Source: Patescibacteria group bacterium (lineage in GTDB: Bacteria; Patescibacteriota; Doudnabacteria; UBA920; VMFF01). From it: a stretch of DNA of 57,526 bases. A model generated the notes under the pieces. The model was not told the origin of the DNA. It was given only the letters and a program-made list of their open reading frames with translations, and searched no databases. The stretch lies in NCBI GenBank assembly GCA_038065615.1, contig JBBTQQ010000002.1, forward strand, positions 1 to 57,526, in the 5' to 3' direction. Positions 54,342 to 57,526 of this stretch are shown here, one piece after another. The position numbers and the translations under genes are program-made. Each line of letters opens with the position of its first letter. Within the stretch, counting starts at the first letter, position 1.

Positions 54342-54497
54342 CTACTTGGTTTCCTTGTGCATTGTCATCTTCTTGCAATGCTTACAAAACTTCTTAAGTT
54401 CCAAGCGCTTCGGTGTTAACTTCTTGTTTTTTCTGGAATGATAGTTTAAGTTCTTGCACTCTGTGCATTCCAGTTTAATCAAATTATCTTGAGACAT
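54342..54497 (-). CDS. rpmG: 50S ribosomal protein L33 (below ORF-track cutoff)
   Basis: Hand translation gives [51 protein letters not shown], a CxxC...CxxC zinc-ribbon L33 signature. It lies within a tRNA cluster, as in many bacteria. Confidence 0.9.
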   Translation of the reverse strand: MSQDNLIKLECTECKNLNYHSRKNKKLTPKRLELKKFCKHCKKMTMHKETK

Positions 54498-54520
54498 TGA
54501 TATTATCCTTTATGCGATTA

Positions 54521-54596
54521 TGGAGCCGGCTGTCGGACTCGAACCGACCACCTACGGTTTACAAAACCGTTGCTCTACCGGATGAGCTAAGCCGGC
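54521..54596 (-). tRNA. tRNA-Thr (anticodon UGU)
   Basis: Reverse complement GCCGGCTTAGCTCATCCGGTAGAGCAACGGTTTTGTAAACCGTAGGTGGTCGGTTCGAGTCCGACAGCCGGCTCCA. Anticodon stem ACGGT/ACCGT with loop TT-TGT-AA, T arm GTCGG-TTCGAGT-CCGAC, encoded CCA. Confidence 0.92.
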
Positions 54597-54664
54597 AAGA
54601 GATAAAATTAACTATTAAAATTTAACATAAAGACCGTAAAAAGTAAAGGGCCTTGGGTTGCTAG

Positions 54665-54950
54665 ATATGAATCCAGCGCGCCAAGGCACCTTTGCTTGTA
54701 TGGTTCTTGCGTTTCTTCATCAATGTTCTGATGGTATACGCAAAACCAGATATCTTTCCTCCTGTTTTAACTACCGTTGAAACTGTGCGAATCGAGCGCC
54801 CTGCGACGCACAACCACACGGGTGCGCTCGTGCATGATCAGTGTACGCTCGTTGTACCCCTGGATATCGTGTACAGCGCTGTACTCGAACCCAGGGTGCT
54901 GCAGGAGCGACGAATCAGGCTCGACGCGGTAATGACTGACCGGCTAACCC
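54665..54950. other. GC-rich patch GC-5 (gene-fragment-like, no complete ORF)
   Basis: Line 54781-54840 counts 62% G+C. The minus strand has a 58-codon stop-free frame (54767-54943) with no start codon, ending ...HERTRVVVRRRALDSHSFNGS*. An orphan AGGAGG (54758-54763) follows that stop. There is a perfect 14-bp palindrome GTACAGCGCTGTAC (54871-54884) and a 7-bp stem CGAGCGC/GCGCTCG (54792-54830). Confidence 0.6.
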
Positions 54951-57526
54951 AACTTCAATTACAGAACTAAGATTAACGCCTGATAAAACATACTCCGCTA
55001 TCTTATTTGTCGGTGCGCTTAAAATACCATCCCAACCTGAATCACCAGTTATAACTAAACCAGCAGGTAAAGTAACATTAACGTCTCCACTATCACCAGT
55101 TGAAGAATTGATAGTTAATTCTGCTGATGTTGTTACAGTCTTGTTATCTCCAGAAGTTTCTAACAAAGCAGCAAAGTTAATCGTTGGTTCTGTAACACTT
55201 TCAGGAATCGTAATAGTGGCATCTTCTGAGTTATCTCCAACAACAACTTCAGTGTGAGAACTGTCTAAATCAGTATCAGCGTCTAGAATAACTTGCTGTG
55301 CTTCAAGAGGAAAGACATGAACTAATCTAGTTACCCTCGCCGCTAGTCCTGCTGCATTAGTAACGTCATATGTTACGGTAGAGTCACCTGGGTCATCTGT
55401 GTTATCAATGTTATTAGTAACCATTGAAGTAGTTAAATCACCATCCACAGGATCAGATGCTGTTGCACCTAAATCTGTGTATACACTACCCACATAAATA
55501 ATTAATTCACTTGGACCATTCATTGTGATTACTGGAGTTGAGCTGGTAATTGCGTTGCTATAATCTACTGTTTCTCCTGAAATGACAGAGGTGAAATCTG
55601 GACTTACACTACCCCACCAATTATTTTGTGCATCGATTGAAATACTGGATACTCCTGTCCAATTACCATAACCTGTACCACTTGGTGTTCCATTCGTTCC
55701 ACCTATAGCAATAGCTTTGCCTGTGACGTTAAAGGAATTGTAATTAATATTAAAGGTTCCGCTAGACATACGATCAAAAATAAAACCATCTGATGTATTT
55801 GTGATTGTGTTATGTTGACCTGTTAAAACAAGTGGTAAGTTCTGAGAAGTAAGAGCCGCGTAAAACTTGTTTCTAATTTTGTTATTATTAAAAACCAAAT
55901 TTGAAGTTCGGTTAGACGAACCGATCAACTGCGAGCCGTGTCCTCGGTCACTTCTACTTGCTAAACCATCTGTATCAACTGTGTTGTTAGTAAAGTTTAC
56001 ATCGCCAGCATCCCAAGCATTTAAACCCCAACCATATGCGCCATAAATAGTGTTACCTGAAGCTGTACCGTTTGCACCAAAGAAATAATAGATTCCATAG
56101 AACAAGCTGTTCCAAAAAGTACCAGCAATAGGTCTAGTTGTAGTACCAGCATAAATAATGTTATTAGTAACATCTACATTTGGATGATACGTACCGGTTG
56201 GTAATATTCTGTCTAAACCAAGAATATGTACACCAAAAGCAGATCCGTTCAAACGAAGAGTATTACCGCTTACTGTCACTGTAGCCTGCCCTATAATCTT
56301 AATTGCACTAAGTGCATCTAGGGTATTTTCCCCATCAACAAGGTTATTACTTATTAATATGCCTGTAAGCGCAACAGGAGTCGCACCGCCTACATGATCT
56401 ACTAAGATTCCTACTCCAGAGTACGGCGATGAAAAAGACGCTAATATCTGATTATTAGCTGTCACATGAAAATTCTGAAAAGTGACATTTGAAGCAGTAA
56501 TTCGCACAATTGCCTTATTTTTGCCACGAGTTGAACTACTCCCTGCTAAATATACTGATTGGTCTGAGACTGTCATCAAACTTGGGTCAGGAGCTTGGAT
56601 TGTTGTTGAACTAGTACCTGAACCTGTAACCGTCAACTCCTTATCAATATTAACTTGTTCAATATATGTCCCTGTTCCGACTTTAATAGTATCTCCAGCC
56701 GTGGCACGAGTAATGCTTTCCTGAATATCAGTTCCTATCATTCGAAGATAAACTTCTTTCAAAGGATAGTTAATGGATTCATATGTAAGATCATTAACCC
56801 AACCCAATCGTTCAAAAGCATTCATGCGTGCATCATTGTCAGGGGTAAGAGTTAATACAGCTTTATCAAATGTATTGTTAGCAAGGAAACCTGTCCAATA
56901 ACCAGCAGGGTTAGCATAATCACTACCACGAGCAATAATTTGAAAAGCATTATCATTAAAAGTATTGCCAGAAATAGTAACATCACCGATTGGTTGTGTT
57001 GTCCAACCAGAACCAGTCATGCCCATCAAGCTTACAGCACCCCAGTCAGTTATATGTTCAATTAAGTTGCCGGTAATATTTCTTCCTGAAGCTGGACCAG
57101 TCTGTCCAACACCATTAGTTATAGTGATCTCACCGTAGAGAAATTGGTTGTTCTGAATCGAAAAATTATTAACATGCACACCGCCACGCTCGTCACTTAA
57201 ATAGAGACCAGAATATCCGAGTTCTATATTGTCTACAACAGAGTTTTTTAAAGTAAAGTTTTCCCCTGTAGCAAAAACATTTTTATTTCCACCAACCGGT
57301 AAATTAGCTAATTCAAACCTCAAACCGCTAATAGTAACATTGTCACCTGTGATGACAGTGTCTCCTAATGATGCATCACGTTGTATTGCTTTAACAGTCG
57401 CAACAACACTTGCACGATTAGTTATTGGGTTACCAGAACCATCTACGCCTTGAATTGTCAATCCGTTTTTAAGTAAGTTCAACAAGTAAGCGCAACACCG
57501 TAAGGGTAAACTTAGAACATGAAGCA
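54915..57526 (-). CDS. Large secreted/surface protein with right-handed parallel beta-helix repeats and a C-terminal Ig-like domain; N-terminus outside window
   Basis: Repeated N/G/T-rich beta-helix-type turns (NNxF..NxI...GxxI). An Ig-like segment PVITMNGPSELIIYVGSVYTDLGATASDPVDGDLT resembles DUF5011-type domains. The frame stays open from the track's TTG (57485) to the window edge. The last roughly 10 codons and the TGA lie in GC-5. Confidence 0.75.
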   Translation of the reverse strand, partial: LHVLSLPLRCCAYLLNLLKNGLTIQGVDGSGNPITNRASVVATVKAIQRDASLGDTVITGDNVTISGLRFELANLPVGGNKNVFATGENFTLKNSVVDNIELGYSGLYLSDERGGVHVNNFSIQNNQFLYGEITITNGVGQTGPASGRNITGNLIEHITDWGAVSLMGMTGSGWTTQPIGDVTISGNTFNDNAFQIIARGSDYANPAGYWTGFLANNTFDKAVLTLTPDNDARMNAFERLGWVNDLTYESINYPLKEVYLRMIGTDIQESITRATAGDTIKVGTGTYIEQVNIDKELTVTGSGTSSTTIQAPDPSLMTVSDQSVYLAGSSSTRGKNKAIVRITASNVTFQNFHVTANNQILASFSSPYSGVGILVDHVGGATPVALTGILISNNLVDGENTLDALSAIKIIGQATVTVSGNTLRLNGSAFGVHILGLDRILPTGTYHPNVDVTNNIIYAGTTTRPIAGTFWNSLFYGIYYFFGANGTASGNTIYGAYGWGLNAWDAGDVNFTNNTVDTDGLASRSDRGHGSQLIGSSNRTSNLVFNNNKIRNKFYAALTSQNLPLVLTGQHNTITNTSDGFIFDRMSSGTFNINYNSFNVTGKAIAIGGTNGTPSGTGYGNWTGVSSISIDAQNNWWGSVSPDFTSVISGETVDYSNAITSSTPVITMNGPSELIIYVGSVYTDLGATASDPVDGDLTTSMVTNNIDNTDDPGDSTVTYDVTNAAGLAARVTRLVHVFPLEAQQVILDADTDLDSSHTEVVVGDNSEDATITIPESVTEPTINFAALLETSGDNKTVTTSAELTINSSTGDSGDVNVTLPAGLVITGDSGWDGILSAPTNKIAEYVLSGVNLSSVIEVGLAGQSLPRRA

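Noticed and set aside
1-57526. Search for CRISPR arrays, rRNA genes, integrases, transposases and reverse transcriptases (DGR or retron)
   Set aside because: I saw no regularly spaced repeat array and recognised no rRNA-like conserved blocks or catalytic signatures of these enzyme families in any listed ORF. For that reason I do not call any patch a mobile element.
1-57526. Alternative genetic code (UGA recoding, as in some CPR lineages)
   Set aside because: Conserved genes such as lepA, murD, mraY, dnaX and cysS translate full-length under the standard bacterial code. TGA also appears as a plausible terminator, for example at the 16257-16511 ORF and the surface protein.

Overview
Low-GC bacterial chromosome segment. 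Host lines I counted were 33-45% G+C. Genes are tightly packed, mostly on the minus strand, and often share or overlap stop/start codons. Recognisable content: part of a cell-wall/division neighbourhood (mraY, an amidohydrolase, murD, ftsW, a DUF4012-like protein, murJ, DD- and LD-carboxypeptidases, MltG, an M23 peptidase), plus lepA, trxA, ybaB, suhB, galU, dnaX, corA-like, cysS, dus, radC, lexA, an ECF sigma factor, rplJ-rplL, ribE-ribH, hup, guaB and rpmG. There are six tRNAs: Thr-CGU (partial), Gly-CCC, Gln-UUG, Cys-GCA, Trp-CCA and Thr-UGU. There is also a VirD4/TraG-like ATPase and a large beta-helix surface protein that runs off the right edge. The streamlined style and gene content fit a Patescibacteria/CPR-like organism, but that is inference only. 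I found no rRNA, CRISPR array, integrase, transposase or reverse transcriptase. The most unusual signal is five short patches of much higher G+C (about 50-62% in the lines I counted): 68-455, 16231-16580, 38520-38687, 46845-47345 and 54665-54950. Several look like self-contained promoter/SD/small-ORF/hairpin cassettes. Two sit directly on the 5' flank of the two tRNA-Thr genes. Two are the only plus-strand genes inside long minus-strand runs. One supplies the last codons and the stop of the surface-protein ORF. They may be recent foreign DNA, a dispersed small-gene or RNA element family, or assembly chimeras; I cannot tell which from sequence alone. Secondary items: an isolated wHTH-GHKL ATPase-STAS-like gene with three 22-bp-phased direct repeats over its start; a lexA/small-Cys-protein/82-aa/radC operon with a GAAC-N4-GTTT box inside its promoter; and a direct-repeat-flanked islet next to tRNA-Gln with a GIY-YIG nuclease gene and a hydrolase pseudogene.
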